NCBI RefSeq assembly: GCF_000315625.1
Contig: NW_005434616.1
Span: 186,001-250,000 of the forward strand
Origin: Guillardia theta CCMP2712
Lineage: Eukaryota > Protista > Cryptophyta
Direction: 5' to 3'
DNA: 64,000 nt
Shown: one piece after another, positions 37,731 to 48,875 of the stretch
How the letters are laid out: each line of letters starts with the position of its first letter
How positions within the stretch are numbered: position 1 is the stretch's first letter
Position numbers and translations under genes: made by a program
The notes under the pieces: generated by a model
The model's database searches: none
What the model was told of the DNA's origin: nothing
What the model saw: only the letters and a program-made list of their open reading frames with translations

Positions 37731-40700
37731 CTAATGTCGGTTCAGGTCGATGGCCTTGGACAACACTTGATGCATCCGACTTGTCGTTGCCATCTTTGCA
37801 TGCCAACTGGTCCATGCATCCTTGATAAGGGTCAACGCGTGCCGCCTTCTCACTCTCTCAATATTCCGCCTATATCGCTTCTTCGAAAGTGCGATCTTTT
37901 GAAGAAATCTTGTGACCGCAACAATTTTGTCATGCTTGACCTTCGATTCTGCTTTTGCCTGAAGCATCTTCGACCGTCTGGACACTTTACATCCAGCGAT
38001 GAAGAGTCTGAACATCTTCCTTACCGTCACCATGTTCGACCTATGCCAGATCCTTAGCATACTTATGCGTCTGTTTCTCTGGAGAGCTGAAAACTCATCC
38101 CATCGTCGGTAAACATGATGTTTGAATCGAGAGCGATGCCTGCGGGTCATCAACATGATCTTGCATGCGTTGGATTCATTCTCGTCGAACAGTCCTTGCC
38201 ACGTCGCTAAGCAAAGCTGCAATGCGATGTGTCTGCGTGAGATGAGATGCCGCAAAAATTTTTTCGCTTGGACGACGAAAGCCTGCCAACATTGAAACAT
38301 TGCTGCCGTGAGCTTCAATACGGTTCTTGAGTAAAGCTTCTCCAGACGGGTTTCCATTTGGCGAGAAGCAATCACTATGATATGCCAACCTAGTAAATAA
38401 GACTTGCAACATGTAGAGGAATACTTTTTCGTTGCATGCAGCAACTTTCTTCGTTCTTCACAACTTAACTTCGCATAGCTGAGCATCTGCATGAAGAATT
38501 CATCCAGCAACTTTCTTCCTCCTCGATCCTTGATTTGCTTGATTGAATAGCTCAAAACCAATGTGTGCTTCATAGCGGAATATGCTTGTTCCAACAATAT
38601 CCTGATATTACGATTCAACAAAGTATTAGCCCTGCCATTGATGACTTTTTGTTGAGTTGCAAAATCTGCCCATAGCCCTAAGAATGAATACTTCCTTTGC
38701 TCGCACCGCCTTGACTGCACCAAATCTAAAACTATTCCATAATCTGTACGCAATCGCGCAATCCCCGACATTTGAGCAAAACACTTCCGTGAAAGTGATT
38801 TCTTGTGGAGATCTTGAAGATACGCTTGTCCTTGCTGGTAAAGTATGAGTTTTTTGATTTTTGAGCTGAGGGCGTGAAATGACTTGCTCATACAGTCCAA
38901 GTCCGATCGTCTTTTCATTTCAGTGGCCTCAACCTTTTGTTGCAAGCTACACTCCTTACGAGCATGCCACATATTGAAAAAAGTACATTTCACTCTAGAA
39001 TCGACACGATGAAGAATGGAACTCAAGTGATATTTCTTGAAATGTAAATGTTTCACAGCAGAATAAAATTCTTCGTAAGTACGTTCAAGCTGGGCGAGTA
39101 ATCTCCTTCTTGCAAATTGAAGAAATTTCCTAGTATTTCTGTGCTTCGTTCTCCAACTAGAAAAGTACATTGTAGCAAGGCGCAATTCAACAGTGTGCTT
39201 CGTGAAATTATTCAAACGATTTTTCAAAGTGGTTTTCAAGTATGTTTTTTGACTCCAAGCAAGAAACACAGTAGAGTATGATTTCGAATCATCCCGCTCT
39301 ACCATAAGGTTGTATTTCCTGTTCCGCACAAGATTCAATCTGCAAATTTCCATCCAAGAAGACCAACAAAATCTGAAGAGTTTCTGAAATCTATCCTGCG
39401 ATTTGAAAAGTATGATGTGTTCACTTTTGCGTGAGAAACGTCTCCATAAATTGAAATTCGCAAAGGTTCCTTGCAGCAGTCTATACGATACCTTGTGATT
39501 CAACCATTGCAGTCTTTTGGCAAGAAGGCGATATTTCGCAATGTAGCTTGACCAAGACATCATCATCCTCATTGACAACCGTCGATGATAAAGCCGTTCC
39601 TTGATTTGTTGCATGTTTCTTATTCGTCCTCTCGCACACATCTTCTCGTACCAGAATTCCAAGTGTCTCTCTAATTGTTTGTAACAGCGCCTCGCATCCA
39701 TCCTGCTGATGCCCTCTTCGGTTCGACCGCGCTTACTTATCTCGTGATCTGCACATTCCCACCAAGCTGCAGCACATGTCAAAGCAACGAAGGAAACAGA
39801 GTGTCATGACTCACCTTGAAAGCAGGAAATTGCACTACGCCGCTGGATCTTGTAGAGGAAATCGATTACACGATTTCGGACACGGATTCGAACACGCCAA
39901 CTTGCAAAGTAGACGAACACCTGCCGAAGATTGGTCTCAGATCACACCAATGTGAAATGTCAGGACTTGTTACCAGCGTTGAAGTAATTCGATTGGACAT
40001 TTTTTCTGCTTTTCTCCAAGAAATCCAATAGTACACTGACAAGTGATACCAAGATTGAAAATGTTCTTTCAAAAGAGTTCCGAACATCGATTTTCTGAGG
40101 ATTCCCATGAATTGTTGAAGCTGTGAAGCCTTGTTCCAACTCTGCTGCCATACATCAAAAACTTGCTTTCTTCTTCTAAAATCATGAAAAGCTTGTTTCT
40201 GGTTGGCTTTAAATACTGCAATGCACTTTTGTTTGTACAAAATCCAGGCATCTAAGAACAAGGTCTTCGAATCATGCACTCGCATTCGTTGTAACTTCAT
40301 ATAGCAACTTCTGAAGTGTCTCAAAATGCCCAGATATTGAAATATTTTCCTCCAGACGTGTGAAAGGAATTGAAAGTTTTGACGACTATATTTCTTTGCC
40401 AGGTTCATTTGAAGTAGCTTGGATCTTTCAAAAAGCAGAATCCAAGATGTCAGGAGCTTTTCGATACAAGTTCGTCGGCCTCTACATACTATCATAACAT
40501 ATTTTCTATGGCATTGTCTGGAAAATATCCAGCATTCAAACCATTCCGAAAACGCTAATTTGGTATTTAGAGCATTCCATCGACCAGCTGTTAATCGTGC
40601 AATCTGTTCCAGCCTTTGATTGTATCGAAGTAAACTGATCCATTTGGCATAAGCATGATGACACGTTGTCGAATTTGCTCTTGCTAGATTAGAACTCAGA

Positions 40701-41405
40701 AGCTCAAGATGCTTTCGCGACCTTATCACCTGTACGATTGAAAAGAACACTGATCTCAATATCTTGATCTGCAAACGAGCATTGAAACTTTTAATTCCTT
40801 TCAATCTTTCGATATTTTGCATCGTGATTTCCACCCATTCGCAAAAGGTACTTGTGATGCTTCTTGACTGTTTGAACCGTTCAATTGATTCAAATTTTCG
40901 CTTTTGATTAAGCCTTTGCTTCCAGATTAGGACAGATGTTTGGACAGATTTGAACGCTGCCAGTTGATTGATAATTCGCTGCTTCTGAACCAAGGACTTA
41001 TTCAAAATGATCAGCCGTTTCCAGAAAACGAATGCTTCTTCAGTCAGTTTGATCTCAATCCTTCCAACGAGTCTTCCAATATCTCTATCAAGTACATTCT
41101 TCTTGATCACAAGCTGGTTCCAGGAGGACCAGAACTTCCGCAAAGATATCGTGTTCCTCCTTGAATACAGCAACTCAAAACAATGTTGAGATAAAGTCCT
41201 TTTCATTCGAAGGTTTGCTTCGTAGAGGAGGGTTGCTCCAACTTGTGAGAGGCTGGGTAGACGGTTCCCTTCTTCCTTCGGTGATATCTTCTGAATTGGT
41301 TTTGACTTGCCTTGAGCTACAGCAAATTCTGGTTCAATTGGCTTGTCATGAAATATTGGTGACTGCTGCATTGAACGCAGTTTTGATAACGATATGAAGT
41401 AATCG

Positions 41406-41436
<31 letters not shown>

Positions 41437-41707
41437 TAAGCAAGAATTTCAATCCTCGCTGAATAGAAGGATTGCGAATTTCCTTTCTCGGGTGAGCTCG
41501 AAACGTCCCTCGTTCTGGACTTCCATTTTCTGACTGCAGGACATTTTCGGTCTCATGCTTTGTCGTGGAGTTTGTGTACTGAGTCAGAGGAGCATGTTCT
41601 CCAGTAAGCTCTTCCAAGCTGAACGCTGTCATTGAATTAGGATTCTCGGTCGAAGGTTCCAAATCCCAAAGACTATCGTTCCCCAAAAGAATTTTGCCAC
41701 TTGACAT
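37731..41707 (-). CDS. Sfi1-like basic helical repeat protein (centrin-binding type F/L..W repeats)
   Basis: 613-aa and 683-aa ORFs linked by short introns near 39.8-39.9 kb; recurrent xFxxW at about 23-33-aa spacing. Confidence 0.7.
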
Positions 41708-42507
41708 CCAAATATTTTCAGTGAATTCAGTAATAGCTTACAGCTGACTTTGTCGATTTCAGATCATTTGTGGTGGGATGTCGAGTACAACGAAAATCAA
41801 GAAAAAAGGAAGGAATAGGAATAACCAGAATCAAAGTTGGAAGGAACTAGCAGGATCAGGGCAGCATGATTGAAAGCAAGAAAGTAGAGAACATCAGGTT
41901 GTCAGATGACAAGGAAGAGGAAAGTTAAAGAGGAAGGGCGAAGAGAGGACGAACCCTAAGGAAAGGGTTTGGCGAAGCACGGCCGAGGGGTAAGGGATAC
42001 ATGGAGAGTGGGTGGGGTGATCGAGACGAGGCAGGGTAGGGTATGTGGCTTGCAATCTGATCCTACCAGTACACTGGGTATGTAAATGAGGGGTGAGGGC
42101 AAGGCATCAATAAAGAAAGTCAACGGGAGGGTAGTCTTATTGAAAATGAGGATACCAGGGTAGGGTGGTGAAAAGGGGGTGGGTGCTATTTCAGGATCTT
42201 CCTCGCCTCGGCTCTCGTCTTGTAGCACGCCGTTTTGCCATCATCACCCCCACCCCCTCCAAGAAGTCTGACCTCCCTGAGACCACCCCCGGTCTGACCT
42301 ACAAACCGTTTCAACTTCGCCGTGGCATACCGCTGCGTTGCCATACTAGCCGGGGCCGGGCGGGGGCTCGGCCCCACGGTGGCACGGTTGACTCCCTGTC
42401 ACTGAGACTCCCGCCAACCTGAGGGCCTTTCTTCCGAGTTCCCCGGGCCCACTGAGTCATCACCAGCACTGATAGACTCTTGCGGCAGGATGATGCGTTG
42501 CGCTTTC

Positions 42508-42709
42508 TGTGGTGGCTGGCGGCGGATCGCTCGGCGAACTAACCGTTGAAGGAAACGGCAGCGCTGGATAGTGGCCTCTCGGCCTCACCAGACGTCTCAG
42601 GTGATCCGACCTCAGTGCCGCAGTGCAGTGCAAACGCATGGTTTGGTTCTCGCTGGCTTTTCTCTTCTCGCCGCCGGTTTGGCCTGTGCGACAGTGTCAG
42701 GGACAAGCC
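42508..42709 (+). repeat. Dispersed GC-rich repeat A, copy 2
   Basis: Matches 22857-22978 plus 23136-23207. Confidence 0.85.
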
Positions 42710-44179
42710 TCCGAAGCCCATGCGGCATAATGGTTGTCAAGTTCGGAGTCAGTGCTTCCGCAGTTCCGAACGGTTCAGTGAACTTGGAAAGCCCGGCGGG
42801 CCCGGCCCCGGGTCCGGCTGCAGCCCCGGGAGCCCGGGGGGCCCGGGCCCGCGAGCGACCATCCGACTCGTGATGATCGGACACCGTTGAAGGTGATAGA
42901 GAAAAATCGTCTGGCATTGCCGGGCGGCGCCCCGGCGGTGACCGGTACGGCCCGGTTTGCCACCGTGGCACGCCAACTTGATCAGAGTCATCAGTTCATG
43001 TAGTTCAAGTTTATTGCAAGTTACTGGGTAAGGATGGTTGATCTAAGGCCGTGTACTAGTACCTACCGTTAGGATAGCACAGCCGCTGGGACTGTGCCAT
43101 GATCTTCGGACTCAGCCCTGACACTTGAATGATTTCCGTCACTGGAGTCGGAGCCGCCTCCCGCCGCCGGGCCCTCCGGCGAGCCTGTCAGCCGACTCTG
43201 ATCTGTTGAACTTCGGAAACGCATATCTGCCAGGCTGACAACATCAGCATTTGACACTCCCCGAATCAGGAATGCGACGCTGAGACCCGCATGGTCGTCA
43301 TCAGTAAGTTGATAATGTGGCGTTGAATGTTCATTCTGATCACAGTGACTCATTCAATTGCTTCTTGCATAGACAACTGGCAAAGTCTCAGAGCATAATG
43401 ATGCGCCACCGGGTGCGGCGGGAATCATGGTATGATGAAGTATGCCTCGCAGGCGTAATAAAACAGATGGTAATCATTCAAATCCTAAAATGTCCGATAA
43501 TCATGACGATCGAGATGGTAATAATGCCGCTCAAAACTCAGGCTGAAGGAAATGTTGAAGAATATTTGCGCGTTTTGACGGTCAAATGCGGACTAAGGGA
43601 ACTTGTCAAACAGGATTTCATGAATATCATTCCTGTTATAGATAGATGGTTCTTGAACACACCAGCCAGGTATCAAGCAGAGGAAGTCTGCGTGTGAGCC
43701 ATTTTCTTATCCGGTCTCGCATGAATGCAACGACAAAGATCAACTGACAAAAAATTCCCAATATCGTCTATATGTTTTTCACAGAAACAAACCTGGTATG
43801 TTATCATACCAGCTTCGGAGAGTAACACTCAAACGATTGTGTATAAAACATGGCGAGTAGGTGTTATCAGGACTACACGCATTTTCTTTGACGCTCCTGT
43901 GTAGTGTGGAGCGCTGCAGAACTCTCGGGCAATTGAAGGCGACGATGCCACCGAGATTGAGTGAAGTTTCCTGGCAATAGAAGTGAGCACAGGATTCGCA
44001 GTGATGCCTGCCGTAGTGGTGTGGATAATGTTTACACAGTAGAAGAAGGCTGAAGAAGGAGTTGGTTGCTGACGATCATCGAACTGATTACCAGTGAAAT
44101 TGGAACCTACATTGAAAAGGAAACATGATTGCCTGCTTCCGCGGAAGCAGTATCTTCTTCTTCTTGTCATCAATATAAC

Positions 44180-44491
44180 CTACCCACCAAATCCATAAAG
44201 TGTCCTTCCTCGCCTCTTCAACGCGTACACCACGTCCATCGCTGTGACAGTATCTCTTCTTGCATGCTTTGCGTAGATCATCGCATCCCGGATCATAATC
44301 TCCAGGAATTCCCTAAGCACAGTCCTAATCTCCTGATAGATCAAGCTGGAGATTCGCTTCACGCCTCCTCTCCTGGCGAGCCTTCTGATGGCAGGCTTTG
44401 TGATTCCTTGCATGTTGTCGCGCAGAACCTTGCTGTGTCGCTTGGCTATTCCCTTGCCCAGTCCCTTACAGCCTCTTCCGCTCCCCGTCAT
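44180..44491 (-). CDS. H4: Histone H4, divergent variant, intronless
   Basis: Full-length 103 aa, aligns without gaps to canonical H4 with 22 substitutions. Confidence 0.95.
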   Translation of the reverse strand: MTGSGRGCKGLGKGIAKRHSKVLRDNMQGITKPAIRRLARRGGVKRISSLIYQEIRTVLREFLEIMIRDAMIYAKHARRDTVTAMDVVYALKRRGRTLYGFGG

Positions 44492-44824
44492 GTGTTGATG
44501 AACGTGTATGATGAGGAACCTCTTTGTACCTGGCTTTGTAGCACCCGCGCACCGTACCCCACCCCTCGGGGGTGTAATGCAGGAAAATAAATCATTGAAT
44601 CATTCAAGTAGTACATTGGTCGATTCTTGTGTCAATAGTGTCCAAATTGTCTCTTTTGTTTCTTTTGAACCACTTCCCTCTGCGCGGCCCGAGGTAGGAA
44701 GTAAAGGGGTGGGGTTACAACTACCCCCACCCCTATCATCAAGTGTTACACAGAGAATCACCTGGAAAATAGGGGTAGGACAGGCGCATGGTAGGTAACC
44801 TCAACCCACAAGTCCTGATAGCGA

Positions 44825-45125
44825 ATGGCAGTAGGGGAAGGCCCCTCGAATGGGAAATCGCTGAGCAAGGAGCATCGAGAGGTACAGGCGCGGAGAAGTT
44901 CATGTGCAGGAGATCTCTTGGCCTGATATTCGAAGGCTCACCGAGAGGGGAGGCGTGGAGAGTAACCCCAGCTCGATTTGCAATCATAAGATTTCTTTTT
45001 AGAAGTTTCGTTAGCAGTATGATCCGCCACGGGGTGACATTCATGGAGCATGAAAGGAAAAATTCAATGAAAGCAATGGACGTGCTGTGTGCAAAGGGTA
45101 GAGATATGAAGATGTTGATTTGATA
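44825..45125 (+). pseudogene. Frameshifted histone H4 pseudogene, head-to-head with the variant
   Basis: Three successive frames: GKSLSKEHREV (cf. GKGLGK..RHRKV), HVQEISWPDIRRLTERGGV (cf. [19 protein letters not shown]), RSFVSSMIRHGVTFMEHERKNSMKAMDV (cf. [28 protein letters not shown]). Confidence 0.85.
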
Positions 45126-45334
45126 ACGCCAACACACTATCGATTCGTGGCACACACAGCAAGGAGAAGGACAGACCACCTGAGCAATTGTTTACGATCC
45201 TTTTATAGTCGAGGGTGAGGAACGACCAGGGGTGGTGAGGCTCCTTACGCACGAGTGAGCATCCCTCGTGCGTCCGCTTAGATCTGCTGCCTGCTCCTCA
45301 TCGAGGTTCAGCCACAGTACAGGAGATACCACCC
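45099..45334 (+). repeat. Element B, third copy (candidate structured non-coding element)
   Basis: Reverse complement of 23522-23760; 45225-45334 matches 109/110 and 45137-45185 matches 47/49. Confidence 0.93.
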
Positions 45335-45383
45335 TTACTTTGGAAACTCTGTCGCCCAACAGGGGTTGTACCCCAGAGGTGTG

Positions 45384-45932
45384 TCAGTAGCCGTTAGAGC
45401 CCTTGCTGTCCTCGTGGCTGTAAGAGAAGACCATAGATTCTCTTGCTGCCCACTCCTGCTCCATAATATTCTTCCTGCATGAAGCTTCAGCGAAGGCAGA
45501 GCTCTGGTACGCTCCAGCTGCTGCCTCCTTGGGCTTGGCACGATCATCGTCAAACCGATTGTCCGTCATCAAGTCCGGCTTCGTTTTGTTAGCAGTCACT
45601 GAGTCACAGTGGTGCTGCAGTAATGAACTCGGAAGGGAACAGCAAGAATATAAAGGTTTCATCACTTTGCGTCTGTAAAAATTCAACTCGATAGGTAGTG
45701 TCTCAACTGGCTTTGAAAGCGACAGACGTCGAACGTCTTTATCTGACAGCTTTCTGCTTCCAAGCCATTCCTTGCCGATTATCACCCAGCGATTCCAGCG
45801 GACTCCCCGGATGGTATCTTGAAGGCTGTCAAATGAACGGAGGCTCAGCAACGCCCAGTGTGATGATTCTCTGCTGATTCTCTGTAATACTGCAGCCTCT
45901 GAGGGGGGCCCGAAGTTTGGACAACCCTCCAT
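45384..45932 (-). CDS. 182-aa ORF, weak J-domain-like resemblance; possibly a pseudogene
   Basis: ATG-initiated; SHWALLSL, VRRLSLS, KPD..DDRAK..EAA..AYQ; no HPD motif. Confidence 0.3.
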   Translation of the reverse strand: MEGCPNFGPPSEAAVLQRISRESSHWALLSLRSFDSLQDTIRGVRWNRWVIIGKEWLGSRKLSDKDVRRLSLSKPVETLPIELNFYRRKVMKPLYSCCSLPSSLLQHHCDSVTANKTKPDLMTDNRFDDDRAKPKEAAAGAYQSSAFAEASCRKNIMEQEWAARESMVFSYSHEDSKGSNGY

Positions 45933-47054
45933 GTCTCTAAGCAGATGCTAACCCCTCATCCCCTCCCTGGCACCCACAACCCCACCCTGTCATCCTCAAG
46001 GTCACCCCTTATCGTCTGCGCAAATGGTGCAACCACCCAGGAGAGAGAAAGGACGGGTCCTGCCCTGATCTTGCGACCTTCGGAGTACCCCACCTATCAC
46101 AAGTGATGACTTCTGACACACACCCCGGTACTTTGATCGACTACCTCATCCACCCAACCAGCCGTACGGTCTCGGGGTCCATGCTGTGTAAATACGCCGA
46201 TCCTGTGGGAGGTGATGTAGGTCGGGAAAATCACCTAAAGAGACACTTAAAAGAATTGCAGACTATAGACACCGTAAAACAACAAGACCGTTTAGCAGTG
46301 AGTTCGTACGGTGCCAGGGTGCTCATCTCGCTTCCGACAATCACCACCCCTGTCTTCTCCTGGGCTGATTCTCGAGCTTGTTTCAAGTACCCCTCCTGAT
46401 CCGATATGCTGGCACCCACCGCACGCACTTCAATAGACCCCTCTATGACCCCTAGGTTGGCAGTTACACTTGAGCCACGATGGATTTATGACCCCCCAAC
46501 TGTTTACCACCCACGTTGACCCACCCCTAAGATTCGCTCAACTTTTGTCAACTTGGCCTGGATGTCCTCCCTTTCTTCTTTCCTACAAACGCTCCATAGT
46601 TTCTAGCAGCAGCCTGACCCTTGCCTTCTGTTCTCAGTCACAACGAGGTAGGCAGGTAAGAAATATATGGTAGGTCGTCCCGAGCAGAAATGGATTGGGG
46701 GGTGGGATGGAAAGATGAAAGGGGGTATGCCTGCAAATGAACAAATCTGGTAGGAGGAAGCAAAGAGGGGGTAGGGTAGGTAGCAGCGAGGGAGGGCCAT
46801 GAGGCAATGAGAAATGGGAAAATAAGGGGTAGACGATGGGCAGAGGAAGGCAAGTGAGGAACAAGAAGCCATACTAGTAACCCTAACTGAATTCTTGGGC
46901 GAGCCATAAGGAAAACCAAACAGGTGGACCTATACCAAGAGCAGACACGCAAGAGAAAAATAGACTATAGAAACGAGGGTAGGGTATTGAGAGGTTCCTT
47001 AAAAGTCCCGTGACTGGTTTTACCGTTACGCGTAGTCCCTGCCTCGCCACCGCC

Positions 47055-48376
47055 ATGAGCAGCACCACCCCCGCCCCGCAGGTGTCAACCCGCTCTGTGC
47101 GCTAGTGTTCTGCTCTTGCCGTGGTCTCTTATGCTTCATTTGCTCCTGCTTCTTATGCTGTGATGTGCTTGCCTGTGATCCCATCTTGTAAATCGTCTGG
47201 TCTGCTCTTGTGCTACGCCTCTGCCTCTGCTCCTCCTCGGCGGGGGATCCCTCGAGGAGAAGAGAAAGGATAGGTTTTTTTGCAGGGGAGGGGGCTGCGC
47301 AAGCGAGTGTAGAGGGGATGGTTGTTTCTATTAGTGCTGCACGCTGATAGGCAGCCAGAGATGTTGACAAACATGTGGTGATGGGGATAATGTAGAAGGG
47401 GCATTGGCATCTGTTTTCCGTAGACAGAGGATACTGGATCTAGCGGCTTGATTGCAATGTGCTTGTAGCTGACACCGAGACAGGTTCCCTACCCTTACCC
47501 TCCCATGATGTCCGGACTCCAGTACGCTCCCGGAACCGTGATCTCCGGAGTGCCAGGAGCTGCTCCCGTGAGCTCCTACCCCGTCATGTCCTACGGCTAC
47601 CCCGTCACCAGCGGATCTGCCGCTCCTGTTTCCTACGGCGTGCCCCAAGCAGTTGGCAGCCTCCAGCCTGTCGTCTACTCGCAGACCATCCCAGTGCCTG
47701 TCCAGACCACCCAGACCGTCATGGAGAACCAGGTGAGCTAGCGGAATGCGCATCGGTGTGAGAGTGAGAGAGGGAGCAAGAGCTTTCGTGTCAGCATGGG
47801 ATAGAAGGTGCGCGACTGACTCATGCGATCACAGACTATTATGGAGAGCAGAGAGGTTACCGTGAAGGTTCCCAAGGTCATCATGGAGGAGGTCGAGATC
47901 ACCTACCAGGTCCCAGCGATGGAGGAGCGCGTCCACACCGTGCAGCGACCCAAGACTGTCATGTGAGTATCTCATTTCTTGCTTGCACTTGCCCTTGCTT
48001 GGGCTTATCTCTTCAACTGGGAGGGTGAGGCTTGCGATATTTGACGCTGTTTCCTGTCAACAGGGAGGACAGGGAGATCACTGTCCAGGAGCCTCGCACC
48101 GTGATGGAGCCTAAGACCGTCCAGGTTCCCACCTACCAGACCGTGCAGCAGGAGGTCACCATGTCAAAAGTGCTCGAGTACAGCCGCCCCAAGCTTGTCC
48201 AGCAGCACTACATCCAGCAGTCCGTTGCTCCCTGGAGTACCGTCACCATGACTGCACCAAGCTACACTGGAGCCAACGTCTACAGCACCACCCAGCTGGC
48301 TCAGCCACAGCAGCAGCAGCAGCAGCAGCAGGGACAGCAATTTTATCAGCCATCGGATGATGCCATCTCCGCATAA
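47055..48376 (+). CDS. Articulin/epiplasmin-like V/P/E/K repeat protein, copy 1 (4 exons)
   Basis: Exons 47055-47081, 47484-47732, 47835-47962, 48064-48376; core VTVKVPKVIMEEVEITYQVP..ITVQEPRTVMEPKTVQVP; poly-Q tail. Confidence 0.78.
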
Positions 48377-48875
48377 GATGCCGGACCTTACACACGTAGT
48401 GTAGATGTTTGGGTGTTTTTTAATCGATGTTGTGTAACGATCAGTAAATCCAATCAAGCTTTGCTTCGATTTTTGATCGTTCAGGTCGGTCTTGGCACAT
48501 TTTGGGTTCAACTGTAGCAAGCTGATTGCAGTTGATAATGTTCATGCTGTTTCAGTATCTTTTTGGGGTTTGTGGTCAGATTTGGTCTTGTGTGGGTGTT
48601 GGTGATTTCTTGAGCATGGTGAATGGCAAGCAGAGCGTTGTTGGCTTTCGGAATCCGAGCAACTTGGGCTTGCATAGACGGCAGTGCATGGCCCGCGGCG
48701 TAGGCCAGTGTAATATAACCATCGATCAGGTTCGGAGGCGGGCTTGCATCGTAAGGAGCGTCGAGAACCATAGCCTTAATGGACCGGTTCATTGCAAGGG
48801 CAAATTTTGGGTAGGGGTACCAGTACTCCCGTGAGTGATGTTACCGTTACGCGTAGTCCCTGCCTCGCCACCGCC

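Noticed and set aside
43829-44173. Possible decayed H2A (IIH...KK.R..ITPTRH)
   Set aside because: Too few identities and wrong spacing; cannot be supported by eye.
45137-45334. Element B as hammerhead ribozyme, tRNA/snRNA, canonical histone stem-loop or Helitron 3' end
   Set aside because: No CUGANGA/GAAA core, no cloverleaf or Sm site, no GGYYYUUUU loop, and the hairpin is followed by CTTAG with conservation continuing 50 nt further rather than ending at CTRR.
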